A stretch of 47,307 bases of DNA from a bacterium (GTDB taxonomy: Bacteria; Planctomycetota; SKW154; DAOVDS01), in assembly GCA_030669415.1 (NCBI GenBank), contig DAOVDS010000002.1, positions 1 through 47,307 on the forward strand, read 5' to 3'. Made by a program: the position numbers and the translations under genes. Below the pieces are notes generated by a model. That model did not search any database and was not told the DNA's origin. It was given only the letters and a program-made list of their open reading frames with translations. Shown here piece after piece: positions 24,301-34,003 of this stretch (within the stretch, counting starts at the first letter, position 1; each line of letters begins with the position of its first letter).

Positions 24301-25958
24301 TTTGCTCTCCCCGCGTAGACAGCTATCTCAAACCTGAACTCGCCCCTGACGTCGCCTGTGCGGCTCGGGTCTATTCCCGCCGATTTCACCAGCTCGGTCT
24401 TCAGCAGTTGGTCCTTGAACTGGCTCACAATGTCGTGCTGGTCGCCCGTCTGGCTGCTTACCTTACCCCGTATCAAGACACCGATGGGCCCCACACGCCC
24501 CTCCTCGACAGCCGAGGTATCTCGAAGCTCCATGTCTGTAATCTCGATTTCGCCGGGCGTAACATCCTGCCTTCGGGTAAGAAACAGAAGCTGGGCCATG
24601 AAGTTGCCCTGCTCGGTGATTTTGGTCAGACGCCCGATGGCGGAGGTCATCCTGGCGTTTTCCTTGGTAATCTCTCGCAGTGCAAACAGCCTCTGCTGCG
24701 CCTCGTCGAGCCGCGCCGCCACCTTCTCCTGCCTGGACACGGCCACACCGCGCTCCCTCCACGCAGCCGCAAGCCGCACGACCAGGAATATCAGCAACAC
24801 GGCGCCCGCCGCGTACAGGAAGACTGTGCGCTCCCTGAAGAACCGCTTTTTCTTCTCCTCGGCCGGCACAAGGTCCATGGCGTAACAGGATGGGTCAATC
24901 TGCGACAGGGCAAGTCCAATCGCTGTGCCGAACTCGCGCATACCCGCAGACGAGCCCGAGACATCACCGGGTGGCAGCGCCTCCACAAGGTGCAGTCTCC
25001 CGGCGGTTCCCCCGGCCACGCCCAGAAGCGAGTGCAGGTCGGGTGCGACGGCCTCGACATCAAACGACCGCGCAAGATGTTCGGCCAGGCCCGGCAGGTT
25101 GCTGCCCCCGCCCAGAAGCACCACTTTGTCAATCTTGATTCTCTTGAGCTTGAGCTGCCGGCCGGCGAAACCCACCGACGAGTTCAGAGTAGCGTGCAGC
25201 CTGTCCGCAGCCCCGGTCAGCGCGTCTGATATCTGCTTCTCACGTTCGGAGCGCCACCCGCTCCTCGCGATAACCCCCTCCGTGAGCTTGACCCTCTCCG
25301 CCTCGGGGAAACCGACGGCAAGTGTCTCGCTCAGGACTTCCGTGAAGTCATCGGCGCCCCGGCCGATTGACCTGGCGAAGAAAAGGTCTCTGTCGTTCAC
25401 AATTGCCACATCGATGTTGGTGGCGCCTATGTCGGCCACGAGATATGTCTTGCCCTCTTCGTAGATGCCCAGCCCGAGGAAGGTATTGTAGAGCGCAATG
25501 GGCGTGGGGAGGATATGCGCTATCCGCACCCCGGCCGAACCGAGCTCGAACATCGCTCCCCGGACGTATTCGTCCTTCGACATCGCCACCATGACGGTAA
25601 AGTCCTGCGATACCTCACGGGGAATGCTCAGAATCTTGTAGTCACTTGAAACAGCCTCGCTGCTCTTGCCAGCCAGCTCGCCAATCTCGTAGTCCATTAT
25701 CATCTTGAGGCGGTGTGCGGGCACGGGCGGCACCATGGTGTAGCGGATAATCGCCCCGCGGCCGGAAACGCCCATCACGCCACCGGACGCACGCAGACCT
25801 GCCTGCCTCAAACCGGAGGCAATCTGCTCGGCCGTGTCCGACGTGGCGCGCGGTATCTTGACCAGCCGCTCCACCTCCACGTTCTGGCCCCTCCTGCGAA
25901 GCCTGGCAAACTTCACATACTGGCTGCCGAAGTCAACTCCGACTGCAACACTGCCCAA
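24297..25958 (-). CDS. pilM: PilM-PilN fusion (actin-like domain + TM + periplasmic domain)
   Basis: VGVDFGSQYVK, VADIGATNID, AERVK, LLGGGSNLPGL, AIGLAL, then MDLVP + TM + coiled coil. Start reassigned to TTG 25958 after SD AAGGAG. Confidence 0.85.
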   Translation of the reverse strand: MGSVAVGVDFGSQYVKFARLRRRGQNVEVERLVKIPRATSDTAEQIASGLRQAGLRASGGVMGVSGRGAIIRYTMVPPVPAHRLKMIMDYEIGELAGKSSEAVSSDYKILSIPREVSQDFTVMVAMSKDEYVRGAMFELGSAGVRIAHILPTPIALYNTFLGLGIYEEGKTYLVADIGATNIDVAIVNDRDLFFARSIGRGADDFTEVLSETLAVGFPEAERVKLTEGVIARSGWRSEREKQISDALTGAADRLHATLNSSVGFAGRQLKLKRIKIDKVVLLGGGSNLPGLAEHLARSFDVEAVAPDLHSLLGVAGGTAGRLHLVEALPPGDVSGSSAGMREFGTAIGLALSQIDPSCYAMDLVPAEEKKKRFFRERTVFLYAAGAVLLIFLVVRLAAAWRERGVAVSRQEKVAARLDEAQQRLFALREITKENARMTSAIGRLTKITEQGNFMAQLLFLTRRQDVTPGEIEITDMELRDTSAVEEGRVGPIGVLIRGKVSSQTGDQHDIVSQFKDQLLKTELVKSAGIDPSRTGDVRGEFRFEIAVYAGRAK

Positions 25959-26002
25959 ACCTGTTCTCCTTCCCTGTAGCCACGCGGGGCCCGGCGGTGC
26001 TT

Positions 26003-28615
26003 CTACCACCGGCCCTCGTGTCGAATCTGCGCTTCCAACTGTTCCAGCTTGGCTCTTGCGTCCTTTTCCCATTCCGTTGCCGGGAAGTTGTCCCTGACAT
26101 ATTCGTAGTAGACTGCGGAAAGCCCGAGCATGCCGAGCTCCCGATAGCTGTCGCCCTTGAGCAGCATTTTTCTCGCTTTGTCCTCCAACTGGCGGTCCTT
26201 CTGAATCGCCAGTTCCCGCCGCGCCGCTGCGAGCATCGTCATTGCCGCGTGGTCCCTGTTGCCCCCTGGAAAGGCCTTACCAATGCGCTCAACCACGATG
26301 GCAAGGTTGTTCAAGAACTCCGGGTGGTGAGTCTTCTTGAAGTCCTCGAAGATGTACTGCGCCTCCTTGACAAGGACGTCGCCTTCTTCTTCTATCTCCT
26401 TTATCACCCTGTCAAGCCTCTTCTTTGCGCTCTCCTGCTCAACACCGCTGAGGCGATAGCGCTCTGCCATCTCCTTCGCCTTCTGCAATTCTCCCTGCTC
26501 GCGCAGCGATTCCAGTGTATCGAACAGCTCCCTGAGCTTATCCTGCTGCCGGCGTGATATCTCGGAGAACTCAATTGCGAACTCAGCCACCTTGCCCAGC
26601 CCGATTGGCCTGGACAGCACTACCCGGACTCCGTGCTTGGTGCGCTTGGCCGCGATATCTGCCGAACCTTCGGGGAAGGACAACGAGATACGGTTCTGGC
26701 CGGAGCCCCAGACCATCTCTTTGGCATCCTGGACCTCGAAGTCACCTTTGAAGAATTCCACTCCCCCCGTGCTGGATACTTCCACCTGTGATGCTGAGAG
26801 GATTTCAGGCCTTGCGCTGAACGTGATACCGAGCTTCCCTTCACCCTTGAAACTGCCTGAAAGCTTGTACCTGACCGAAACGCAGTCTTCCCGGATGTAG
26901 ATTTCTTGAGTAACGGGGATCCATGTCGCACCATGCGGCTCGTAGATGTGCCCGAGATAGAGCATCGAATCACCGGAGACAGCCGCCCGCCTCTGGATAC
27001 TCGAGAGAGCCTGTCGCGAGAAGGCATCGAGCCTGCCATCACTGTCGCTCAAGAAGACCTGCGCATCCCACAGTGAGAGCGCCCCGAGGCGCGAGAGATT
27101 CCAGGTTCCCCGCGGGTCAACTGTCACCTCCATCTCCGCCCCGAGAGCTACGGTCTGGGACTCGCGCGCTTCCGGTTCGAGCTCCTTCTCATAAAGCTCG
27201 GCATCGTCAAACGACGCGGTGCCGATATTGCCGAAGGCGCACAGTGAAAGCTCCATCCTCGTAGCTTTCTCGGGTGGCACAAATGTCCACCGAAGCGCCT
27301 TCCAGCTCCCGCCTTCTCCACCGCGCAGCTCAGAATACGATTCCTGCACGAAATAGGAATTCACCGGGTCGCTCCATACAACCCGCACGCCAGCCTTGCG
27401 GGCCTGGTTGGTTCTCACCTGTATCCTAACCTCGTACTGCATCTCAGGTGTTACTGTAATCGGGTCGAGGTCAACCTTGAGCATCTGGTCGGGCTCGTCG
27501 TTCACAGAGCAGTCCAGCTTCAGTGATTGCTTCCCCGTCTTCGCATTTTTCTCATCTATTGACCACCCCTGCCCCGGAGCAGTCCAGCCGGTCAGCATGC
27601 CTGAGTCCGGTCTGTCTTCTTCGAATGACCAGTTCCTCGTGATAAGGCTCTTCTCGGGGGCTGCAGTAGACCTGCGGCCAAGCAGCCCGCCGAGAACCTG
27701 GAACGCGAAGTAAACGCCGCCCACAACAAGGAATATCACCGCGACTGCATACAGGAAGGTGAGCAGCGCATTGGAGCCTCTCTTGCGCATTACTCTGTGC
27801 ACGTCAATGCGCGCGAAGTCCGCATCTGAGGGAAGACCCCGCGGCTCGGCGAACTCGAGTGATTGCACCGACGGGCCTTCGGCAGGCCGGTGCTGCTCGA
27901 CATCCACGAATTGGAAAGTGCAGCTCCCGACAGTGAAGGCTGCCCCGTGTTCGAGTATCTCGCGCCTTACCCTGCGCCCTGCGACAATTGTGCCGTTGGT
28001 GGAACCCAGGTCAGTCAGGACCCACAGGCTCCCCTCCCGCGAAATCTGGGCGTGATTGCCCGAGACCCGCTCGTCATCGAGAGGAAGAGTGTTGTTACCT
28101 TTCCTGCCCATCGTAAACACGTCTCTGCCGAGCGGATAGGTCGAGCCAAGGTTGGGGCCCTTGACTATCCGCAGCGAGTATCTCGCTCCGCCAATACCAG
28201 CATGCACCGAATCGAGCTTCCCCGGAGCTGCCGGTCGTTGCGGCGGCGCCGGCGGCGGTGTCTCCGGCTCCTCGACCACCTCTGCGACGTATGCCGACTC
28301 TTCCATGGGCTTCGTGGCCGGCTTCTCCTCAATCACCCGCTCAAAGTGTATCTCTGTACCGCCAATCGCAATCACGTCACCAAGCGCAAGAAGATCTTTC
28401 TTAACCATCTTCCCATTTAGAAGCGTCCCGTTGCTCGAGCCGAGGTCCACCACGAACCACCCCTGCTCCGTCTTCTGTATCGCGCAGTGCGCGCGCGATG
28501 CCTTGGCGTCGTTAATTGGCACCACGTTGGCTTTGGAACGCCCGATAGTGACTTTGTCCAGGTCAATCTCAACCACACGCTCGCGACCCATTTCTCTGAT
28601 AATCAACCGCGGCAT
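26003..28615 (-). CDS. Tandem-FHA membrane protein with extracytoplasmic CBM-like domain
   Basis: Two FHA domains (IGRS...SRAH...DLGSSNGT; MGRK...SGNH...DLGSTNGT), a TM, an NWSFEE CBM4/9-like domain and a helical C-terminus. Start ATG 28615 after GGGGAG. Confidence 0.85.
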   Translation of the reverse strand: MPRLIIREMGRERVVEIDLDKVTIGRSKANVVPINDAKASRAHCAIQKTEQGWFVVDLGSSNGTLLNGKMVKKDLLALGDVIAIGGTEIHFERVIEEKPATKPMEESAYVAEVVEEPETPPPAPPQRPAAPGKLDSVHAGIGGARYSLRIVKGPNLGSTYPLGRDVFTMGRKGNNTLPLDDERVSGNHAQISREGSLWVLTDLGSTNGTIVAGRRVRREILEHGAAFTVGSCTFQFVDVEQHRPAEGPSVQSLEFAEPRGLPSDADFARIDVHRVMRKRGSNALLTFLYAVAVIFLVVGGVYFAFQVLGGLLGRRSTAAPEKSLITRNWSFEEDRPDSGMLTGWTAPGQGWSIDEKNAKTGKQSLKLDCSVNDEPDQMLKVDLDPITVTPEMQYEVRIQVRTNQARKAGVRVVWSDPVNSYFVQESYSELRGGEGGSWKALRWTFVPPEKATRMELSLCAFGNIGTASFDDAELYEKELEPEARESQTVALGAEMEVTVDPRGTWNLSRLGALSLWDAQVFLSDSDGRLDAFSRQALSSIQRRAAVSGDSMLYLGHIYEPHGATWIPVTQEIYIREDCVSVRYKLSGSFKGEGKLGITFSARPEILSASQVEVSSTGGVEFFKGDFEVQDAKEMVWGSGQNRISLSFPEGSADIAAKRTKHGVRVVLSRPIGLGKVAEFAIEFSEISRRQQDKLRELFDTLESLREQGELQKAKEMAERYRLSGVEQESAKKRLDRVIKEIEEEGDVLVKEAQYIFEDFKKTHHPEFLNNLAIVVERIGKAFPGGNRDHAAMTMLAAARRELAIQKDRQLEDKARKMLLKGDSYRELGMLGLSAVYYEYVRDNFPATEWEKDARAKLEQLEAQIRHEGRW

Positions 28616-28678
28616 ATTCAACTCCCCCAGAAGTCGAATCAGTTCAGGAGTCTTTGTTGCGCAAATACCATACCAAAA

Positions 28679-28814
28679 GGCTGACAATTCGGCTCGGCGT
28701 AACTTCCGATGAGTACACGTGTTACGCTACACATTCCAGCCCCCTCGGCTGCCGGGGGCAACGTGTTAAGCGAGCTTTACACAACCCCCTTGTATTTGCC
28801 GATAATTGTCAGCC
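28679..28814 (-). other. Structured intergenic/leader element upstream of the pilus operon
   Basis: 11-bp perfect closing inverted repeat GGCTGACAATT (28679-28689) / AATTGTCAGCC (28804-28814) enclosing further hairpins. Confidence 0.45.
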
Positions 28815-28826
28815 ATGCAGGCTGAC

Positions 28827-28854
28827 ATGATACCACACCTGGACCCACTTGCAA
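28827..28854 (-). promoter_or_regulatory. Candidate sigma70 promoter for the pilus operon
   Basis: Minus strand TTGCAA (28854-28849), 16 nt, TG-extended TATCAT (28832-28827). Confidence 0.45.
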
Positions 28855-28997
28855 GGCAAATCCGCCGCACACGACAATCACGCTCGACTGTCTCGGGACT
28901 GCCGGGAATCCATTGAATTTTCTTGAAACCGCCGCGTTCTCTATAGAATAGTGAAGTGTGAGTCCGCTTGATTCTGTTGTTGAAAGAAAGGGGTCGG

Positions 28998-31652
28998 ATG
29001 ATGCGGGTCAGAGCGTTTGTCCTGTTTGTGTTTTTGTGCATAGTGGCTGTCTCGTGCACATCCTGTACAGATACCGAGGATAAGGTCATCCCGCCGCCAC
29101 CCAAATCGGCGATAAGGAATATTGATGGCACCCCACACCTCGTTATTGAAGGCAAGCAAGTGCCCATGCTCGGGTTTTTCAGCTACAGATGCCCTTACCA
29201 CACGGGTTACGACAATGTGGCGCACATCAAGAAATACATAGACCTCGCCCAGGAATACGGTTTCACCTTCGTCGCGTTCATGATGTTCTGGCAGTCTATG
29301 GATGCAGATATTGCAAAGCCTGCGACACCACAGGAGGCGGCAAGCCGGATTGACTGGACAGTCCTTGATGAGATTTTCGACTACGCGCAGGGCAAAGGCG
29401 TCTACCTCATGCCGTTCTTCAGTTACTTCCACGCCACGTGGTGGTGGCACCTCGACCCCGAACTGACAGAGCTGACTATGCGCAACCAGGATGGCGAGCA
29501 GCACCCGACGAATTTGATGGACAGGGTACCCTGCTTCTGCAACCCAACCTGGTGGGAATACCGCGATGCGATGCTCACATTCATGGTGAAAAGATACAGG
29601 GACCATCCCGCGCTGCTCGGCTGGCTGCTTGCACACGGGATAAGCGGGGAGAACAACTACCCCGGCTCAAGCGATGGGAGCTCGAACTACGCCACGGTCA
29701 AGATGTACGATTACTCCGACTTCGCACTCGGCAGATTCAGGGAATGGTTGCGCAGTCGTTACAACAGCGATGTGAATGCGCTTAGAACCGCGTGGGGTGA
29801 GCCGGCGGTAACATTCGAAGACGCTCAGGCACCCCCGCCGGAGCCGAAGCAGTCAGACCTGCTGCAGCTCTACACATTCTCAAACAGCCCGGGCGATACG
29901 AGGAGGAAGTTCCTTGACTGGCAGCAGTTCCGTCTCGAGGAAAAGAAGAAGGAACGTGACCACGCCGCGCGGCTGATAAAGAGCCTCGACCCCCAGCACA
30001 TCCTGCTTGCCGACCCGGGCGGCACACCGTTCATCTGCGGCTTTGGTGATGCGGCTGCATACTCACTTCCTGTTGATTATTACAATTACGCATCCAGCCC
30101 CGACATAGATGGTGTGTATGTCTGCCCGGGAATAACGAACACATCGTGGGAAGATAAGAATTTCTCATCCATTCTGCATCTTTTCGTCCGGTATTTTCAT
30201 TCCCGCGGCAAGGCGGCCTTCGTGCAACTGGAGAACTGGGACCTGCAGGGCGATGATACCCGTCAGTTGATTACGGAATTGTGGAACTACCACGCCTGGG
30301 CGTATTTCTTCGCGTCACTTGGATGTGGAGTCACCTGGGCGACGGGGGTGCCAGATATGGTGGTCGGTCAGGACTGGCTGCAGGCTGAGTACGACCCTGT
30401 AGAACTTGCCGAAATTGCAAGAAGCGCCTACCTTGTGCAGTCCCTGCCGCGGCAGACCGCGCCAAAGCCGAAAATCGCCATCATCGATTCACCCGGCCTT
30501 TCCATGATTGACTATCATGAGCTTGTGCCGGTGGATAGTGTTGATGTCGTGCCGAAAGGGATAGACCTCCTTTATGGTGCTATGTCACTTTCCTCCCGCG
30601 GGCTGCACTTCGACATCCTGACAGATAACGACATTATGGCAAATCCCGGAGTCCTGAACCAGTACAACGCAGTCGCACTGCTTGACACCTTCAGGGTGAG
30701 CACGCAACTGAAGGATGCACTTGCCCAGTTCAGACAACAGGGTGGCGGTCTTGTTTTGCTCGGCAAGACAGGTATGTTCGACGAGTTCGGCAACCAAGAC
30801 TTCTCCATTCTCAAGGACCTGCTTGGCATATCAAGTGATGTCACCCTCGTGTCCAACTTGCTGACAATAGGCGCATGGACATTCGAATCAGGTGATGCGA
30901 GCGGGCTTGTTGACGGACTTGAAAGCATACAGGCTGATACGTGGAATACGTTCTACATCCCGAAATTCGACTACACCGCAGAAGGATATACAGTTCTGGC
31001 AAAACTCGATTCTGACCCATCCACTGCAACTATTGGCTACAAAGACGACATTGTATTCTGGTTCCCCAAACTGTTTATTGAAGACACAACGATTATGCCG
31101 AAGTTCTTCGCCAATCTGTATGACTACTTCGACATCGGGCACGACACCGTTCCGTCCGATGTGTTCTGCTCAGGAACGAACTACAAGTTCCTGTTCAGCA
31201 GCGTGGCCTGCAGCAGTGATATTGAGTTCGACCTCGAGTCAAACGGCTGTGCGCCGACACCCGACTACGCCGTTTTTGACATCAGCACCCTGACCAAGCT
31301 CCTGGATGTAACGCCGTCGGCAGGCAAACTGACTGTGAACATTTCGCTTGCGGCCAACGAGCCGAGACTCTTGTCCTTTGTGAGGCGCCTCGGCCATCCC
31401 TTCTTCCTTGGCGGCGAATGGTGTGTCCTCTCTTCCACCACATGGAATGGCTCGCAGTTGCAGCTCCAGTTGCGCGCACGGGTCGGCGCTGACGCGAAAC
31501 TTGTGGTTGACCTCGCCGGAAAAACCTACGACTCCGTGTCTGTTGAGGGAGCTGTCGTCACAGATGAGCAGGTCAACGGAGTACAGGGTGTAGTTGTTGT
31601 TTCTTTTCAGCCGACGGCAAAGAATGTTTCTGTGAATCTCAACTTCAATTGA
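28998..31652 (+). CDS. GH42/beta-galactosidase-like glycoside hydrolase (clan GH-A), probable lipoprotein
   Basis: Lipoprotein-type signal ending VAVSC/SCTSC; RYRDHPALLGW...GENNY; FREWLRSRY..VNALRTAWG; DWQQF; trimerisation-like domain. Start ATG 28998. Confidence 0.75.
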   Translation: MMRVRAFVLFVFLCIVAVSCTSCTDTEDKVIPPPPKSAIRNIDGTPHLVIEGKQVPMLGFFSYRCPYHTGYDNVAHIKKYIDLAQEYGFTFVAFMMFWQSMDADIAKPATPQEAASRIDWTVLDEIFDYAQGKGVYLMPFFSYFHATWWWHLDPELTELTMRNQDGEQHPTNLMDRVPCFCNPTWWEYRDAMLTFMVKRYRDHPALLGWLLAHGISGENNYPGSSDGSSNYATVKMYDYSDFALGRFREWLRSRYNSDVNALRTAWGEPAVTFEDAQAPPPEPKQSDLLQLYTFSNSPGDTRRKFLDWQQFRLEEKKKERDHAARLIKSLDPQHILLADPGGTPFICGFGDAAAYSLPVDYYNYASSPDIDGVYVCPGITNTSWEDKNFSSILHLFVRYFHSRGKAAFVQLENWDLQGDDTRQLITELWNYHAWAYFFASLGCGVTWATGVPDMVVGQDWLQAEYDPVELAEIARSAYLVQSLPRQTAPKPKIAIIDSPGLSMIDYHELVPVDSVDVVPKGIDLLYGAMSLSSRGLHFDILTDNDIMANPGVLNQYNAVALLDTFRVSTQLKDALAQFRQQGGGLVLLGKTGMFDEFGNQDFSILKDLLGISSDVTLVSNLLTIGAWTFESGDASGLVDGLESIQADTWNTFYIPKFDYTAEGYTVLAKLDSDPSTATIGYKDDIVFWFPKLFIEDTTIMPKFFANLYDYFDIGHDTVPSDVFCSGTNYKFLFSSVACSSDIEFDLESNGCAPTPDYAVFDISTLTKLLDVTPSAGKLTVNISLAANEPRLLSFVRRLGHPFFLGGEWCVLSSTTWNGSQLQLQLRARVGADAKLVVDLAGKTYDSVSVEGAVVTDEQVNGVQGVVVVSFQPTAKNVSVNLNFN

Positions 31653-31762
31653 CCACCCGTGACAGCCTGATTTGTGGAGAAGGTGTTCGGCACCCAGTCG
31701 CGCATCATCTGCCGCCATGCGCGTTGGAGTACATCACTGGTAGAGCCCCATGGATTTAGGGG

Positions 31763-31791
31763 TTGATGTCACACCACAGTGGCGGTAATAT
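31763..31791 (+). promoter_or_regulatory. Candidate sigma70 promoter for the acyl-CoA cluster
   Basis: TTGATG, 17 nt, TAATAT, about 35 nt before ATG 31826. Confidence 0.4.
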
Positions 31792-31825
31792 TGGCGTCTT
31801 GCTAAAAACCCGGGAGGAATGCACC

Positions 31826-32977
31826 ATGTTCGAACTGACTGAAGAAGAAAAGCTTATCAGAGACACGGCACGCGAGTTTGCCGAAACCAAGCTAACTGAC
31901 AGGGCTGTCGAGTATGACAAGAGAGAGGAGTTTCCCTCGGAGAACTACACCGAGCTTGGAGAACTCGGTTTCATGGGCATACTTGTGCCTGAAGCATACG
32001 GCGGCAGCGAACTCGGCGATTTCGTGCTCGCGATGGTGGTCGAGCAGGTAAGCAGGGTTTGCGCCTCGACCGCCGTGGCACTGTCTGTTCACAGCTCTCT
32101 CGTCTGCCGCCTTATTGTCATGTTCGGCACTGACCAGCAGAAGGCCAAGTACCTGCCGAAGCTGGCGACCGGTGAGTACATCGGCGCATACGTCATCACC
32201 GAGCCGGACACAGGCTCAGATGCCGCCAGCATCCAGGCTTCAGCCATGCGAGATGGTAACTACTACATCCTGAACGGACAGAAATCCTGGATTAGCACCG
32301 GCGCCCAGTCGAAATGCATGATTGCCTTCGCAAGGACAAGCAAGGAAGGCAAGCCCAAGGATGGTATCACCGCTTTCATAATCGAGCCCGGGTTCGAAGG
32401 CTTCTCCGTGGGCAAGCAGGAGAAGAAGATGGGCATCCGGGCATCCGGCACATGCCAGCTTATTTTCGAGGACATGAAGGTTCCTGTCGAGAACGTGCTC
32501 GGCGAGGTCAACGGCGGGTTCAAGGTCATGATGATAGGTCTTGACGGCGGGCGCATAGGTATTGCGGCCCAGGCGCTCGGAATCGCGCAGGCGGCATTTG
32601 AAGCGGCAGTCAAGTACTCACAGGAGCGAAAACAGTTCGGGAAATTCATCGGCGAGTTCCAGGGAATAAAGGTCAAAATCGCCAATATGGCGACCCGCGT
32701 GGCAGCCGCGCGCCTGCTGGTCTACGACGCTGCGAAGCTCAAGGACCAGGGCAGACCTCACTGTGTCGAGGCATCCATGGCAAAGCTATTCGCCTCGGAG
32801 ACTGCAAACTACTGCGCGACCGAGGCGGTGCAGATTCACGGCGGCGTGGGCTATACCAAGGAGTTCCCGGTCGAGCGCTATTTCCGCGACGCCAAGGTCA
32901 CGGAGATTTACGAGGGCACCTCCGAAATCCAGCGCCTCGTGATTGCAAGGCATTTTCTGACTGAGCTGAATAGATAG
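31826..32977 (+). CDS. Acyl-CoA dehydrogenase (short/branched-chain type)
   Basis: [51 protein letters not shown]. Start ATG 31826 after GGAGG. Confidence 0.95.
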   Translation: MFELTEEEKLIRDTAREFAETKLTDRAVEYDKREEFPSENYTELGELGFMGILVPEAYGGSELGDFVLAMVVEQVSRVCASTAVALSVHSSLVCRLIVMFGTDQQKAKYLPKLATGEYIGAYVITEPDTGSDAASIQASAMRDGNYYILNGQKSWISTGAQSKCMIAFARTSKEGKPKDGITAFIIEPGFEGFSVGKQEKKMGIRASGTCQLIFEDMKVPVENVLGEVNGGFKVMMIGLDGGRIGIAAQALGIAQAAFEAAVKYSQERKQFGKFIGEFQGIKVKIANMATRVAAARLLVYDAAKLKDQGRPHCVEASMAKLFASETANYCATEAVQIHGGVGYTKEFPVERYFRDAKVTEIYEGTSEIQRLVIARHFLTELNR

Positions 32978-33017
32978 GCGGGCTGCGGCCACCTGTATGA
33001 AAGAATGTAGAAAGACT

Positions 33018-33977
33018 ATGACGAAGCTTGCCGAACAGATTTTCTCCGGCGACAGGCGCGCCGTCGCCAAGATGATAACTGCAGTCGAAAATAACCCGGA
33101 AGGCGTGCTCAAGGAGATGGAAAGCATCTACCGGCGCACAGGAAGTGCCTACCGTATCGGGGTGACAGGGCCGTCGGGCAGCGGGAAATCAACGCTGGTA
33201 GACTCTCTCGCACTCAAGCTGCGCGAGAAGGGGCTCACTGTCGGCATTATTGCCATCGACCCGACCTCACCGTTTACGGGCGGCGCGCTCCTCGGTGACC
33301 GGATTCGCATGCAGCACATTGGGCTTGACCCGGGCGTGTTTATTCGCTCCATGGCCACACGCGGAAGCATGGGCGGCTTGTGCGCCGCCGCCGGCGATGC
33401 CGCCGACATTCTCGACGCTTCCGGGAAAGATGTCGTAATTACCGAGACGGTCGGTGTCGGGCAGTCCGAAGTGGCGATAGCCAGCGTGGCCTACACAACA
33501 CTCGTGGTGCTGTCGCCGGAGGCGGGCGACGCGGTTCAGACGCTTAAGGCCGGCCTCATGGAGATTGCCGACATCTTTGTCATCAACAAGTGCGACCGCG
33601 ACGGAGCCCAGAGGCTCTCGGCCGATGTGCTAAGCATGCTCGAACTGAAGACCTTTGACGAGGGAACCTGGCGGCCTCTCGTTGTCGAGACATCCGCCAC
33701 CAAGGGCACAGGTATTGAAGACCTGGGCGAAGCCATCCAGCAGCACAGGGCGTACCTCGAGCAGGAAGGCCGGCTGCACGGCAAACGGCTCACCGCCGCC
33801 GTGAAGAAGATTCAGGACCTCGTTGTCTCGCATCTCGAGCGGGAAGCCGAGTCTGGTGCCGGCACAGATGCGCTGCGCAAGCTGGGAGAGAAGGTCCTTG
33901 GCGGCAAGCTCACCCCGCAGGCGGCGGCGTGCAAGGTGCTGGACAATCTCAGGAAACGTAAGCAGAGCAAGAGTTAG
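33018..33977 (+). CDS. meaB: MeaB/ArgK GTPase chaperone of B12-dependent mutase
   Basis: [54 protein letters not shown]. Confidence 0.95.
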   Translation: MTKLAEQIFSGDRRAVAKMITAVENNPEGVLKEMESIYRRTGSAYRIGVTGPSGSGKSTLVDSLALKLREKGLTVGIIAIDPTSPFTGGALLGDRIRMQHIGLDPGVFIRSMATRGSMGGLCAAAGDAADILDASGKDVVITETVGVGQSEVAIASVAYTTLVVLSPEAGDAVQTLKAGLMEIADIFVINKCDRDGAQRLSADVLSMLELKTFDEGTWRPLVVETSATKGTGIEDLGEAIQQHRAYLEQEGRLHGKRLTAAVKKIQDLVVSHLEREAESGAGTDALRKLGEKVLGGKLTPQAAACKVLDNLRKRKQSKS

Positions 33978-34003
33978 GCAACAGCAAGACCGGGAGGCGA
34001 AAC

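Noticed and set aside
25959-26072. ORF-track extended starts for pilM (also gspG 20818, radical SAM 11473, anti-sigma 41770, FHA 28687)
   Set aside because: They overlap upstream genes or lack an SD. Downstream starts have a clear SD and match family N-termini.
28700-28730. Hammerhead-like CCGATGAG motif
   Set aside because: It is not CUGANGA and there is no GAAA core in the right position.
28766-29167. 133-aa minus-strand ORF
   Set aside because: It overlaps the glycoside hydrolase start antisense and the promoter region, and has no motifs.
31653-31825. Cobalamin riboswitch ahead of the B12-mutase cluster
   Set aside because: Only short hairpins are present, with no recognisable B12-box or conserved core.
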